DNA from: Octopus vulgaris
Lineage: Eukaryota
Length of the DNA stretch: 64,000 nt
Direction: 5' to 3'
Assembly: GCA_951406725.2 (NCBI GenBank)
Contig: OX597821.1
Span: forward strand, 97,836,001-97,900,000
Made by a program: the position numbers and the translations under genes. This document shows, piece after piece, positions 52,947 to 64,000 of the stretch (its first letter is position 1; each line of letters begins with the position of its first letter). The notes under the pieces are model-generated. The model was given only the letters and a program-made list of their open reading frames with translations, did no database searches and was not told where the DNA came from.

Positions 52947-53592
52947 GTAATAGTTTTTTTTATAAGAAAAATTAAGACAATTTCAAGGTGAAATTAAATA
53001 TTTCTTTCTTCATAATCAATTATCATCAACATTATGATCATGATCATGATCATCGTAATCGTCTTGAGTTCAATGAACCATACAATGTGAGATGTAAGCT
53101 AAAGATTTTTCTTTTTTTTTATCTTTTTTTTTTTTTCTTTGTCAAACTGAAAAGTCAAAACTCAAAAGTCAAAGATCAACAGTTAACAGTTAACAGAAAA
53201 ATGAAAAAGAAAAATGAATTTGAAAATATGTAATTTCGAGGATTAAAAAAAAAGGGTTTTTCTTTCCTCTTTTGTAAAATCTGGATTTAATTTTTTTTTA
53301 TTTTGTTTCTATTTTTTTTTCCTTGCATTTTACTCTCAAAGACTTTGGTTTTGACTAATTTTCATAATTTTGAATTAATTCATATTTTTTATTCATTATT
53401 TTTTCTTTCTTTTTTTTGCTTATGATAATTTTTTAATCTCTTTTTTGCTTAAATTTTTTGTCATTTTGTTTCAATTTTCAAAATTGTTATTCTAGTCAAA
53501 TGTGTGAATGTGTGCGTACATATTTATGAATGCATGTTCATGTGCATGTGTGTGTGTATTTGTGTGTGTGCGTATTTGTGTGTGTGTATGTA

Positions 53593-53638
<46 letters not shown>

Positions 53639-53728
53639 TACACATGCACACACACGCATGCAGAGGGAAATATTCAATAAATTTAGTAAAAACAAATGCA
53701 TAAAATGAACCAATTACTTTTCGAATAA

Positions 53729-53945
<217 letters not shown>

Positions 53946-54609
53946 CTCATGCACAAATGTATATGTGTGTACTTATTTTTATATGTGTATATTTATTTCT
54001 CTTGAACCTGGTTTTGTTTTAATCAACAAGTGTATATGTGTGTCAGTGTGTGATATGTGGAGTGAGTACATCACTAAGCAAGCTTAGATGTATTATATTA
54101 TTCAATTTAGAGTATTTTCTACAATTTAACCAGTTGAAATTTATAATAATTCTGTAATCTTATAGCATATATCCTGTGTGTTTAATTTAATTTTTGAGCT
54201 TATATTTTGAAATATGCAAACTAACTTTAGGCTACACAGGTTCTTCTTGCTCAGAACTACTGTTGCAGTTATTTCTTTTTTATAGGTGGATGTCTGGAAT
54301 TTATATACGCATACATATGCACACACATATACACACATGCAATGCCTCTTGGTTTCAGGATATATGACTGAACTGTTAAATCTTTTTTTACTTAAGATAG
54401 TATATTGACATCATAAATACATTAAATGATCAACTTCTGGAATGGATCTGTTGTCTTTGAATCAGCTTTCTCCTTTCTGCTTTTGAGAAGCCTAATTTCT
54501 CAAGATTGGTATTTAGGCAGTGTGTTACTATATCCCAGTGCCTGAATATTTACATGTATAATTTTGTGTATGTATGTATGTCTTTCTGTCTCTCTGTCTG
54601 TAGAGACCT

Positions 54610-54616
54610 ATGTATG

Positions 54617-54650
<34 letters not shown>

Positions 54651-54733
54651 TGTAGGTAGGTAGGTAGGTAGGTAGGTAGGTAGGTAGGTAGGTAGGTAGG
54701 TAGGTAGGTAGGTAGGTGGGTAGGTAGGTAGGT
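54610..54733. repeat. (TATG)n/(TAGG)n microsatellite
   Basis: Direct reading. Confidence 0.95.
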
Positions 54734-55032
54734 ATTATATACATTGAGGTCATAAGATTTTATGAACTTATATTTGTATATTTATTTGTGGATTTTGTTG
54801 TTTATTTTTGTAAGTGTTCATTTACGTAAAACTTTACTTAAGTATTACGGAGGCATGTGTAATGAGTGTCAGCTGGATGTGTCTCTTGACCATATGATAA
54901 AAATATTACCAGTACTATTACCTCAGCATAAAGCAAGTCACAAAATTGTCACTAATTTCCATTTTAAATATACACAGATACAGGTGCGTGTGTATATTTG
55001 GATCTATGAATGTGTGTGTGTATGTATGCGTG

Positions 55033-55151
<119 letters not shown>

Positions 55152-55259
55152 ATATACACAGACACACATGTATATGTGTATATGTTTATAGATCTACATA
55201 CATATTCACATATTCACACATGCATATACTGTATGCATGTGCATGTGTGTGTGTTTATG

Positions 55260-55301
<42 letters not shown>

Positions 55302-55364
55302 ACATACATAATCTTATTGTTCTTTATTGTGTTTTGCATCATTTGTTTTTGTTGTTGTGTTGTT

Positions 55365-55961
55365 TTACATGACAACACATTTCCCCTTTAACTTCTCCTT
55401 GCGTTTCTGGGATTTTGTTTTCTTTGTTTCCAGTTGCAGGCTCATGGTCCGTCTCTTCTCCAACTGCAACAGTTCTTGGAATAGTTCCTTCACATTGTGA
55501 TTTGTCTTTGCTGAAGTTTCGAGATAGGCACAGTTCCAGCGTTTGGCCAGTTCAGCTCCTACGTTCTGAGTCACCTCACGACTGGTCTCGTCGCACTTGT
55601 TGCCCACCAGCATGATCGGGATGCTGTCGACGTCTCCTTTGATCTCCGTAATTTCACTGAATATCGGCTTAAGCTCTTCCAGCGATTGCCTGCTTGTGAT
55701 AGAGTAGACCAAAATGAAGGCGTGTCCTTTTGAAATGGATAGGCGCTGCATGGCGGGGAACTGATGGCTGCCCGTTGTGTCCGTGATTTGCAGCGTGCAC
55801 ACTTGTTTGTTGCAGCTGATAACTTGACGATAAGTGTCTTCAATTGTTGGAATGTAGCTTTCGCGGAATGTCCCCCGTACAAATCTGAGGACGAGGGAAC
55901 TCTTACCCACACCTCCTGCACCAAACACGACCACTCTGTAGTCGTTGCTCTGCTCTGGCAT
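55365..55961 (-). CDS. DIRAS: GTP-binding protein Di-Ras (DIRAS1/2-like Ras-family small GTPase), 198 aa, single coding exon
   Basis: [28 protein letters not shown] matches the vertebrate DIRAS1/2 N-terminus. G1 GAGGVGKS, effector YIPTIEDTY, Di-Ras-type G3 DTTGSHQF, G4 NKCD, G5 ETSAK, polybasic tail and CaaX CVVM. Uninterrupted and GC-richer than the flanks. Confidence 0.97.
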   Translation of the reverse strand: MPEQSNDYRVVVFGAGGVGKSSLVLRFVRGTFRESYIPTIEDTYRQVISCNKQVCTLQITDTTGSHQFPAMQRLSISKGHAFILVYSITSRQSLEELKPIFSEITEIKGDVDSIPIMLVGNKCDETSREVTQNVGAELAKRWNCAYLETSAKTNHNVKELFQELLQLEKRRTMSLQLETKKTKSQKRKEKLKGKCVVM

Positions 55962-55994
55962 CACTCGAAGTCGCACCGACCGATCCTTTGATGC

Positions 55995-56015
55995 CTGCAA
56001 ATAAAAAAGAAAGCA
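55995..56015 (-). other. 3' splice acceptor upstream of the DIRAS start codon
   Basis: Minus strand shows a polypyrimidine tract ending ...TTTATTTGCAG|GCATCAAAG. The exon would begin at 55994, 33 nt before the ATG. Confidence 0.75.
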
Positions 56016-56191
56016 ATTCAGAAATACATAGATATACATAGATAAAGAAATTTTACTTTGTTAATTACAATTGCAATTATGTACAGAGACTGCATTTGTG
56101 GTGTTTTTGTATGTATGCCTGTATTTATGTCCATGTGTATACATTATATAATACATCTATATATATTCATAACAGTTAGAAAATCATTCAT

Positions 56192-56192
<1 letters not shown>

Positions 56193-56224
<32 letters not shown>

Positions 56225-56492
56225 GTTTAGCGTCTGCTTTCCATGCTGGCATGGGTTGGATGGTGCAACTGGGGTCTGAGAAGCCAGAAGGCTGTGCCAG
56301 GCTCCAGTCTGATCTGGCATTGTTTCTACGGCTGGATGCCCTTCCTAACGCCAACCACTCCATGAGTGTAGTGGGTGCTTTTTATGTGCCACCGGTACAG
56401 GTGCCAGACGAGGCTGGCAAACGGCCACGATCGGATGGTGCTTTTTATGTGCCACCGGCACGGAAGCCAGTCGGGGCGGCGCTGGCAATGGC
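56193..56492 (-). mobile_element. RTE-type 3' tail copy in the presumed DIRAS intron
   Basis: (CAT)n plus the reverse complement of the 549-935 tail and two internal units. Confidence 0.88.
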
Positions 56493-58624
56493 CTTGCTTA
56501 TATTAATATCTACCTTTCCATGTTAGCATAACTTGGGCTGAAATTGATTTTGAGGCACAATTGTACTGCCAAATGCTTTTCCTTTTGCCAATCCTTGCAA
56601 CATGTTTTACAGGTATGAGATTTTTATATTCCCACCAGTCTTTGAAATCATAAAGTGACCATTCATAATGTTGACAAGGAATGTCATCATTAACACTGCT
56701 TTGCTTATACGGTGCTACGTGAAATATCAACACTCATGTATTGTGAATATATTGTTTCACATCTTTTACCACCTCCTTTTATATTTGTAAACATTTTTTC
56801 ATTTTCCACATTATCTTATCTTTTCTTTCTTTGTAATCTCTAGCAAAAGTTTAATTTTTTTTGTATCCCTTTATTCCCTTGTGGCTAATTAGGTGATCTG
56901 TTTTGAAGGACTTTTGGGGAGAGAACTATCCATGGATAACTTCCAGAAATCCCTAATCTGGCAGTGCTACTGAAGGTCACTACAAGTTCAAAATAAATTC
57001 TACAGGTAAATGCTGCTATGTTAGACTGCCTTAGATGCATATAGAAAGATGAACCCATACTACACCTGCTTGTGCAGGGTTCAAGTATTGTGACCAGTAA
57101 AGTTATGCTGAACGTCTGTTGTTACATGTAGGATGAATCCTACATGTGATAGCTGTTGTTACATGTAGGATGAATCCTTGTGATAAGCCAAACCTATCAC
57201 AAGGATTATCACACCTTTTACAGGGCAAGGCAGGTGGTATTCCTCTGTATATTAGCTATAACAAAAGAGGCTGTGTGATGGACAAGGCTGAAAGAATAGA
57301 GAAAAGACAATTACCTTCCTCATAAATTATTTTAAAGTTCTCATTGGAAAATAGAGAAGAAAGTGTTCTCTCAGTGATTTTGTCAAAAGGGGGGTGATTG
57401 GGTCAAAAATGGTTAGGGTAAGTAAATCTGCTCTAAGTATGCACTAAAGATTGGAGAACAACAGTTGGGCAAGGGCTTTGTGGCATTGGTGCTCAGGACC
57501 CTGAACCTGTGGGGTTCCTAGTCAGAGGTTTCCCAGTATCAGGAGCACTGCATCATAGATGTGTTTACATATTTTGTATACTCTACACTTTTATCTCATT
57601 TCACCCTTCTCCCCCTTTCTTCCCCTTTTATGCGAAAACCCATACAAATTGTAAACTATCCTTGTAATGTTCCCATCACCTGATGCCCTTGTGGCAAATA
57701 ATTGTTATCATTATTGTTGTTCTTGTTGTGGTAGGGGCAATGGGTTGGCAGAATTGTTAACACACTGGACAGAATGCTGAGCAGCATTTCCTTCTCACTT
57801 TATGTTCTCAGTTCATATTCCACTGAGGTTGACTTTGCCTTTCATCCTTTTGGGGGTTAATGCAACTGACTAACCGCCTTCCCCAAAATGCAGGCATTGT
57901 GCCTATTGTGGAAAGGATTATTATCATCATCATCATCATTATTATTATTATTATCTGAAGTTTCAAATTTTTGAAAATAGATGCATTACTAATCATAGCA
58001 AAAAAAAAAAAAAACTGAACAGGAAGCTTAGGAGGGTGTGGGAAATTATCAACAACCTATTTTACCATGAAATACCAATAAAGGAAGGAAGTTCTCCAGA
58101 AACTGAACAAGATCAAGACTTCTATCTCAAGCTGGAAAGATGCAAAATCTAAGTAGACAGCTAACTTTCTATCAAATTTCAGATATCAAATCGATAAAAT
58201 AAAGTAATGAAAAATCTAAAGAAAATCAAACTTTTTTTTTAAATAAATAATCGGTCTTAATAAAAATGTACAAATAGTCCCACTCCAGAATATTATGTGT
58301 TATTGAGTATGAGACATATTGATTTCTGATAGAGGAAAGCACCAGAACTCAAATATGAAAGATAGGGAAAAGACTATTTTATCAACTCCACGACTTGATG
58401 AATACTTATTTTAATGATCCCTTGATGAATGAATGGCAAAGACATCTTTTGAGGGATTTGAAAATAGAATATGAAGGGTATTATAATTGAAGTTCTTTTT
58501 CCAAAACAATACTATTTCTCCTAATATACCATTCATGATAGAGGACTATATTATATATTAGTCTGTGTTCTATTTTAACAAGTAAAAGTGTTTTTATAAT
58601 ATGGATTCACATAGCTCATATGAT

Positions 58625-59000
58625 CTATATATATAGCTGGAATTTACAGAAAAACAAAAGACAAAGACAGGTGTATAAACAACAAACAGGTGTATTAGTT
58701 TAATGCTCAGGAAGGTGAGAAAGTCTTTTACATTTCGAGCATACACAATTCAACAGAAAGGAACACAAGGAAATAAACAGAGCTTTAGGGGCTAGTGGTC
58801 AATCACGGTGACTGGCAGGACAGAAATAGTTAGACAGGAGATCAAGGAAGAAGGGGAGATAATAGAGTATTGGTGATCCCAAAACGAAGGTACGTATGCA
58901 TGTGTATGTGAGAGTGTGTAAGTGTGTGTGTGGATAGGGGCTGGTGACCTTGACATGTGCATGTGTAAGTGTATGCATCTGTAATGTGAGTGTGTGGATG
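58625..59000 (-). mobile_element. Dispersed element with degenerate hammerhead-like 3' end (related to ~34560-34790 on +)
   Basis: Minus strand 'ctttCTGTTGA..gctcGAAAtGTAaaagactttctc..actaatacacctg'. A similar order of motifs occurs at 34660-34740. Confidence 0.45.
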
Positions 59001-59371
59001 ATGGTGTGGGGGCTCAGAAGTGGTCAGTGCTTGTGTGTGTGGGGTGGTGTTATGTGCTGTGATGTTGTTTGGTGTGGTGTGGTGGTGTGTGGTGTGGTTG
59101 TGTGTTGTGTGGGTGCTGGGAAGTGGTCAGTGCTAGTGTGTGCAGGGTGGTGTTATGTGATGTGATGTTGTTTGATGTAGTGTGGCATGATGTGGTGTGG
59201 TGGTGTGGCAGTGCTAGGGTGTGGTGGTGTTGGAGGGTGGGGGAGTATGTGGGGGGATATATGGGAGTCGGATGTGTGGGGTGGGTGGGGTGATAGGGTT
59301 GGGATGTGTTGAGATGGTGAGGTTTGGATGTGTTGGGATTGTGGGTTGGGATGTGTAGGGGTGGGATGCTG

Positions 59372-59646
59372 TGTCATGTAAAAGGGCTCTTGTGCTACAT
59401 AAACATACCCATGCAATGTCACTTAAAAGGAACCATGCGATACCCCATAAAAGCACCCATGTGGTGCCATGTAAAAGCGCTTGTGCAAGGCCACATATAA
59501 GCACCCATGTGGTGCTAAGTAAAAGCTTCTGCACAGTGCCTTGTAAGAGCACCTGTAGGGTGCTGTGTAAAAGCACCTGTGTGGTGCTATGTAAAAGACC
59601 CGGCACACTCAGAGAAGTGGTTGGCATTAGGAAGGGCATTCAGCTG
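59372..59646 (+). repeat. ~24-bp degenerate tandem repeat derived from the RTE tail unit, followed by a truncated tail
   Basis: Units like GTGGTGCCATGTAAAAGCACCCAT, then 'gtggttggcattaggaagggcattcagctg'. Confidence 0.75.
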
Positions 59647-61374
59647 AGATACAGTTTGGGTTTGTGTCAAGGAGAAGCACCACTGATGCTATTTTTCTGG
59701 TAAGACAGCCACAGGAGAAATTCCCAGCCAAAGATAAACCTCTGTACTTGGCTTTCATTGACATGGAGAAAGCTTTTGACAGAGTCCCCCAGTCCCTTAT
59801 CTGATTGTCACTATGGAAACTAGGGACAGATGAATAGTTGGTAAGAGCTGTACAAGCTATGTACAGGGATGCTGTCAGTAAGGTGAAGGTTAGCAACAAG
59901 TATAGTGAAGAATTCAAGTGTAGTCGATGCCAGTTCCGCCTGACTGACTCCCGAGCCGGTAGCATGTAAAAAGCATCCACTAGACTCTTGGAAGAATTCT
60001 GGGTAGAAGTTGGGGTCCACCAAGGATCAGTCTTCACCCACCTCTTATTCATCATAGTCCTCCAGGCAATAACACAAGAATTCAAGACAGGCTGCCCCTG
60101 AGAGTTCCTCTATGTTGATGACCTTGCTCTAATAGCTGAGTCACTACCAGAACTAGAGAAGAAATTTCAGGTGTGGAAGCAAGGTCTAGAATTGAAGGGC
60201 CTTAGAGTCAATATTGCAAAAAACAAAGTCTTAGTAAGTAGGAAGGCAAACAAATCACAAATCCCTTCAGGTAGATGGCCCTGCTCGATTTGTAGAAAAA
60301 GTGTAGGTAGAAACTCCATAAGATGTACCCTGGACATACAAGAGGTGCAGCAGTATCAAAGGCAGGTTAATCGAGAAGATAGTTTTTGTGTGACAGAAGC
60401 ACAGGGGTAATAAACACTGAAGATACACAGAAAACAGATTCCATCACATGACAGGGAGAAAGACTAGAAGTAGTTGATAACTTCCATTACCTAGGTGACC
60501 AAATTAGTAGTGGGGCTGGATGCTGTGAGAGCGTAGCTGCCAGAATAAGAATAACCTGGGCAAAATTCAGAGAGCTCCTACCTCTGCTGGTTACAAAGGG
60601 CTTCTCGCTCAGAGTGAAAGGTAAACTGTATAATGCCTGTGTATGAACAGCCATGCTAAATAGCAGTGAAACATGGGCTGTGACATACATAGGTTTAAAA
60701 GAAATGAAGCTAGTATGCTCCGCTGGATGTGTAATGTCTGCATGCATACACGACAGAGCGTAAGTGCCCTGAGAGAAAAGTTAGATATAAGAAGCATCAA
60801 ATATGGAGTGCAAGAGAGACGACTGTGCTGGTATGTTCATGTGTTGTGTATGGATGAGAACAGCTGTGTGAAGAAGTGTCACACCCTAACAGTAGAGAGA
60901 ACCTGTAGAAGAGTTAGCCCCAAGAAGACATGGGTGAAGCATGACCTTCAAACACTGGGCTTCACAGAGGCAATGACAAGCAACAGAGGCCTTTGGACAT
61001 ATGCTGTGTTTGAGAAAACCCAGAAAGCCAAGTGAGATCGTAGCTGTGGCTGATACCAGTGTTAGATAACTGGCCCATTTAAAAGCACCCCTTCAATCAT
61101 TGGGCAATATGCTGTGCTTGAGAAGACTTGTTGAGCCAAGTGAAATTTTAGTCATAACCAATGGCAGTACCGCCTGACTGGCTCTCATGCTGGTGGCATG
61201 TAAAAAGCACCCAGTAGACTCTTGGAGTGGTTGGCATTAGGAGGGGCATCCATCTGTAGAAACCTTACTAGATCAGATTGGAGCCCAGTGCAGCATCTCA
61301 GCTTGCCAGTCCTCAGTCAAACCATCTAACCCATGCCAACATGGAAAGTGGACATTAAACAATGATGATGATGA
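59647..61374 (+). mobile_element. Decayed RTE-clade LINE (RT domain, C-terminus, 3' UTR with (GAT)n)
   Basis: QFGFV..RSTTDAIF, FIDMEKAFDRVP, SEEF.VEVGVHQGSV, LYVDDL, GLRVNIAK, PCSICRK.VG.NSIRC, MLRWMC..RRLCWY.HV. Ends in the tail shared with 549-935. Confidence 0.9.
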
Positions 61375-61424
61375 CATGTGTGTATACACACACACACACA
61401 CACACATACACACACACATATATA

Positions 61425-61720
61425 TATGAGAGCATGTGGCTTAGGGATTAAGGTGTTGCATCCATGATCTCATGATCATGATTTCAATTCCTAGACTGAG
61501 CAGTGCATTGTGTTCTTGAGCAAATCATTTCATTTTGCAATGCTCTGTGATCACTTTGACACCTGGCATGTGACACACTGTGCACCTGTACAGGTAATGT
61601 TGATTTGATGAGGCGGTGAGTGAGCACATGTACAACACAAACATTTGATCACTATAAACAAATCATTTGAGCTGGTCATTCAGCAAGAAATTGCAGAATC
61701 GTTTTTCTCAGATCCAAAGG
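61425..61720 (+). mobile_element. Degenerate tRNA-head SINE
   Basis: 'gtggcttagggattaaggtg...tttcaattcctagactgagcagtgcattgtgttcttgagcaa' resembles the 30056-30385 head. Confidence 0.55.
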
Positions 61721-61748
61721 ATTACCAAGAAAAGAGAATATATATAAA

Positions 61749-61807
<59 letters not shown>

Positions 61808-62639
61808 AACTATGCCAGCATGGGAAAAGGAGTGTTAAATGGATATGTTGATGAGATATATGTATGTATGTATTATTTATATTATTTATATTATTATTTA
61901 ATTAAACGTTACACATCCATTTCCAAATATATATTGTTATCATCCATTTTCCATGGTGGCTTGAGGTGGACAATAAAACAGGATCCAACAGGTCAGAGGA
62001 ACAGATTTTGCTCCAATTTTGGCATGGTGTTTATGGCTGGATACTCTTCCTAACATAGTGTATGATTGTATTTTTTTGGCATCAACATTATCGAGATTAT
62101 CTTACCATTGGGAACACTAAACACCCTCTCCAAGTCCTGTGTTGTCACTGTTTGAATTGTTTACTAATTACTTGCAAAGTGCAGCAGATGTTTTTTTTTT
62201 TTTTTGTGACATCAGCATTAGTGGAGTTGCTTTGAAGCTAATAAGGCATAAAAAGAGCCAGGTGATGGAGAGGCAGATAGAAAATATAGACAGACTACAG
62301 GTTGTTTCAGTGATACAGCTGACATGTATATTTTATCTAGACAGATGGTGGTGCCCCAGCATGGCCGCGGCCTTCGGGCTAAAACATTTTTAAGAATTTA
62401 AGGATTTAAGAAGAAAAGCAAACACTCTAGAATACTCAGATTATAGTTTCAGGATTGTTGAGTCATTTTAACATCTTTCTTGATGAAACATTTTGAAAGT
62501 TGTTAGTAATTCATGAAATAAAACGATAACTATACATATGCATGTCTTTTGTTATTGGGTATTGTAAACACAATATACTATTGATTGGCCTGTTGAAAGC
62601 CTGTAACTGATTATTCTATTATTAGAAAATGCAATATGA

Positions 62640-64000
62640 TAATAATAACAATAATAATTCAGTACATGATGAATTGATACAAAAGGTGACAGCATTAAAA
62701 GCCAAATTGAAAAGATATGATGCTAGATGCAAAGGTTTTGAATAGAATAGACTGTTCCAATCAAATACAAGGCATCTATTTGAGGAAATAAAGGGAGGCC
62801 AACACCAGGAACTGATTCCAGATGCAGAAGAAAGTAAAGAATTTTGGGGAAGGCTGTAGAACAAGTTGGCAAGACATAAAGGAAGTGCAGAGTAGCTGAC
62901 AAAGGTGGGAAGACAAGTTGCAATTGTACGAAGACAAGAAGACATCAGAATTAATCTATATACAGTGAGACAGAAGTTTAAAAAATAAAAAATTGGAAAG
63001 TACCAGGCCTGGATGGTGTACAGGTCTATTGGCTGTAGAACTTTACACAGATGCATGAAAGGATCACTGTGCAACTAGATGACTGCCTGCAGCAAGGGTT
63101 ACATCCTTGCCTCGATGACACGTGGACAAATGTTGCTATACCTCAAGGATCCCTTGAAAGGAAACTTGGTGTCATATTTTCAACCTGTGACTTGTTTACC
63201 ACTTATGTGGAAACTCATGACCGGTGGCTTGGCAGAAGAGTTATACAATCATCTGGAAAGTAACAATCTACTCCCATAAGAACAGAAAGAATGCAGGAAA
63301 CAAAGTAGGGCAACAAAAGATCACTAATTAGTTGATAAAAGGATAATTAGAAATTGTAATGCAGATTGACATGACTGAATGTAGCATGGCTAGATTACAA
63401 AAAAAGCATATGACATGGTACCACACAGTTGGATAAGTAAAACAATGAGCATGTCTGGAATAGCAAAACCATGGAGAAAATGCTTAATGAATGTATGAAA
63501 CATTGGAATACTTAATTGATCGGAGGAAAACAAAATCTCAGAAAAGTGAACATCAGACATGGAATATTCCAGGATGATAGCTTATCTCCATTACTGTTCA
63601 AATTGGCCATGACACCACTCATTGCTTACAATTTGGGAAAAGGAAATGGTCAGATAAATCATTTCCTTTTCATGGATGATATAAAGGTTTATGTGAAAAA
63701 TGAGAAACAGCTTGAAAGTCTTGGACATATTATCTGCATTTTCTCAAATTATGTAGGTATGGCATTTGGAATAGAAAAGTGCGCTATATTGAAAATGAAA
63801 TGAAGAAGATTTGAAAGAAGCCAGAGAACTGAAATGCCAAATGGGCAAACAATGAGAGCAGTTGAGAAAGGACAGTGGTGTAAGTACCTGGAAATACTAG
63901 AAGCAGACAAAAAAAATATGAAGAAATGAAAAAAATTACCAATAAGGAGTACACAAGGAGAGTAAGAAAATTATTGTACTCAAAGCTGAATTCCAAAAAT
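62640..64000 (+). pseudogene. Decayed R4/Dong-like non-LTR reverse transcriptase (runs off the window end)
   Basis: NRLFQSN, PDAEESKEFW, WKVPGLDGVQVYWL, QPVTCLPLMWKLMTG, WLDYKK-AYDMVPHSWI, GIFQDDSLSPLLF, INHFLFMDDIKVY and FGIEKCA, with multiple stops and frameshifts. Confidence 0.85.

Noticed and set aside
55323-55328. AATAAA on the minus strand ~40 nt after the DIRAS stop
   Set aside because: The hexamer is very common in this AT-rich DNA; a poly(A) site cannot be assigned without transcripts.
55962-56039. ORF-track start giving a 224-aa DIRAS
   Set aside because: The first 15 codons run through a polypyrimidine tract and splice acceptor. The conserved start is the ATG at 55961.

Overview
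Very AT-rich, microsatellite-dense eukaryotic DNA. The repeat repertoire suggests an octopus-type cephalopod, which is an inference I could not check. Only one host protein-coding sequence is supportable: an intronless Di-Ras (DIRAS1/2-like) small GTPase CDS on the minus strand (55365-55961), preceded by a splice acceptor 33 nt upstream. The rest is mostly decayed mobile DNA: CR1/L2-group, RTE, R4/Dong-like and Hero/R2-like non-LTR fragments, a Helitron Rep-helicase relic, two solo LTRs with 5-bp TSDs, TTAA-flanked piggyBac-like MITEs, several modular tRNA-head SINE families whose LINE tail donors are visible in the same window, a 32/12-bp minisatellite and long (TA)n tracts. Nearly all short ORFs in the track are repeat artefacts. 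The most interesting signal is a dispersed set of minimal type-I hammerhead-ribozyme motifs (best copy 12364-12441, minus strand) and long fold-back palindromes, most of them next to (TA)n tracts. One of them belongs to an extremely AT-rich Penelope-like relic with an inverted terminal repeat. Together these suggest a Penelope/retrozyme-like system targeting microsatellites. All alignments were done by eye; ribozyme activity and family names are unverified.
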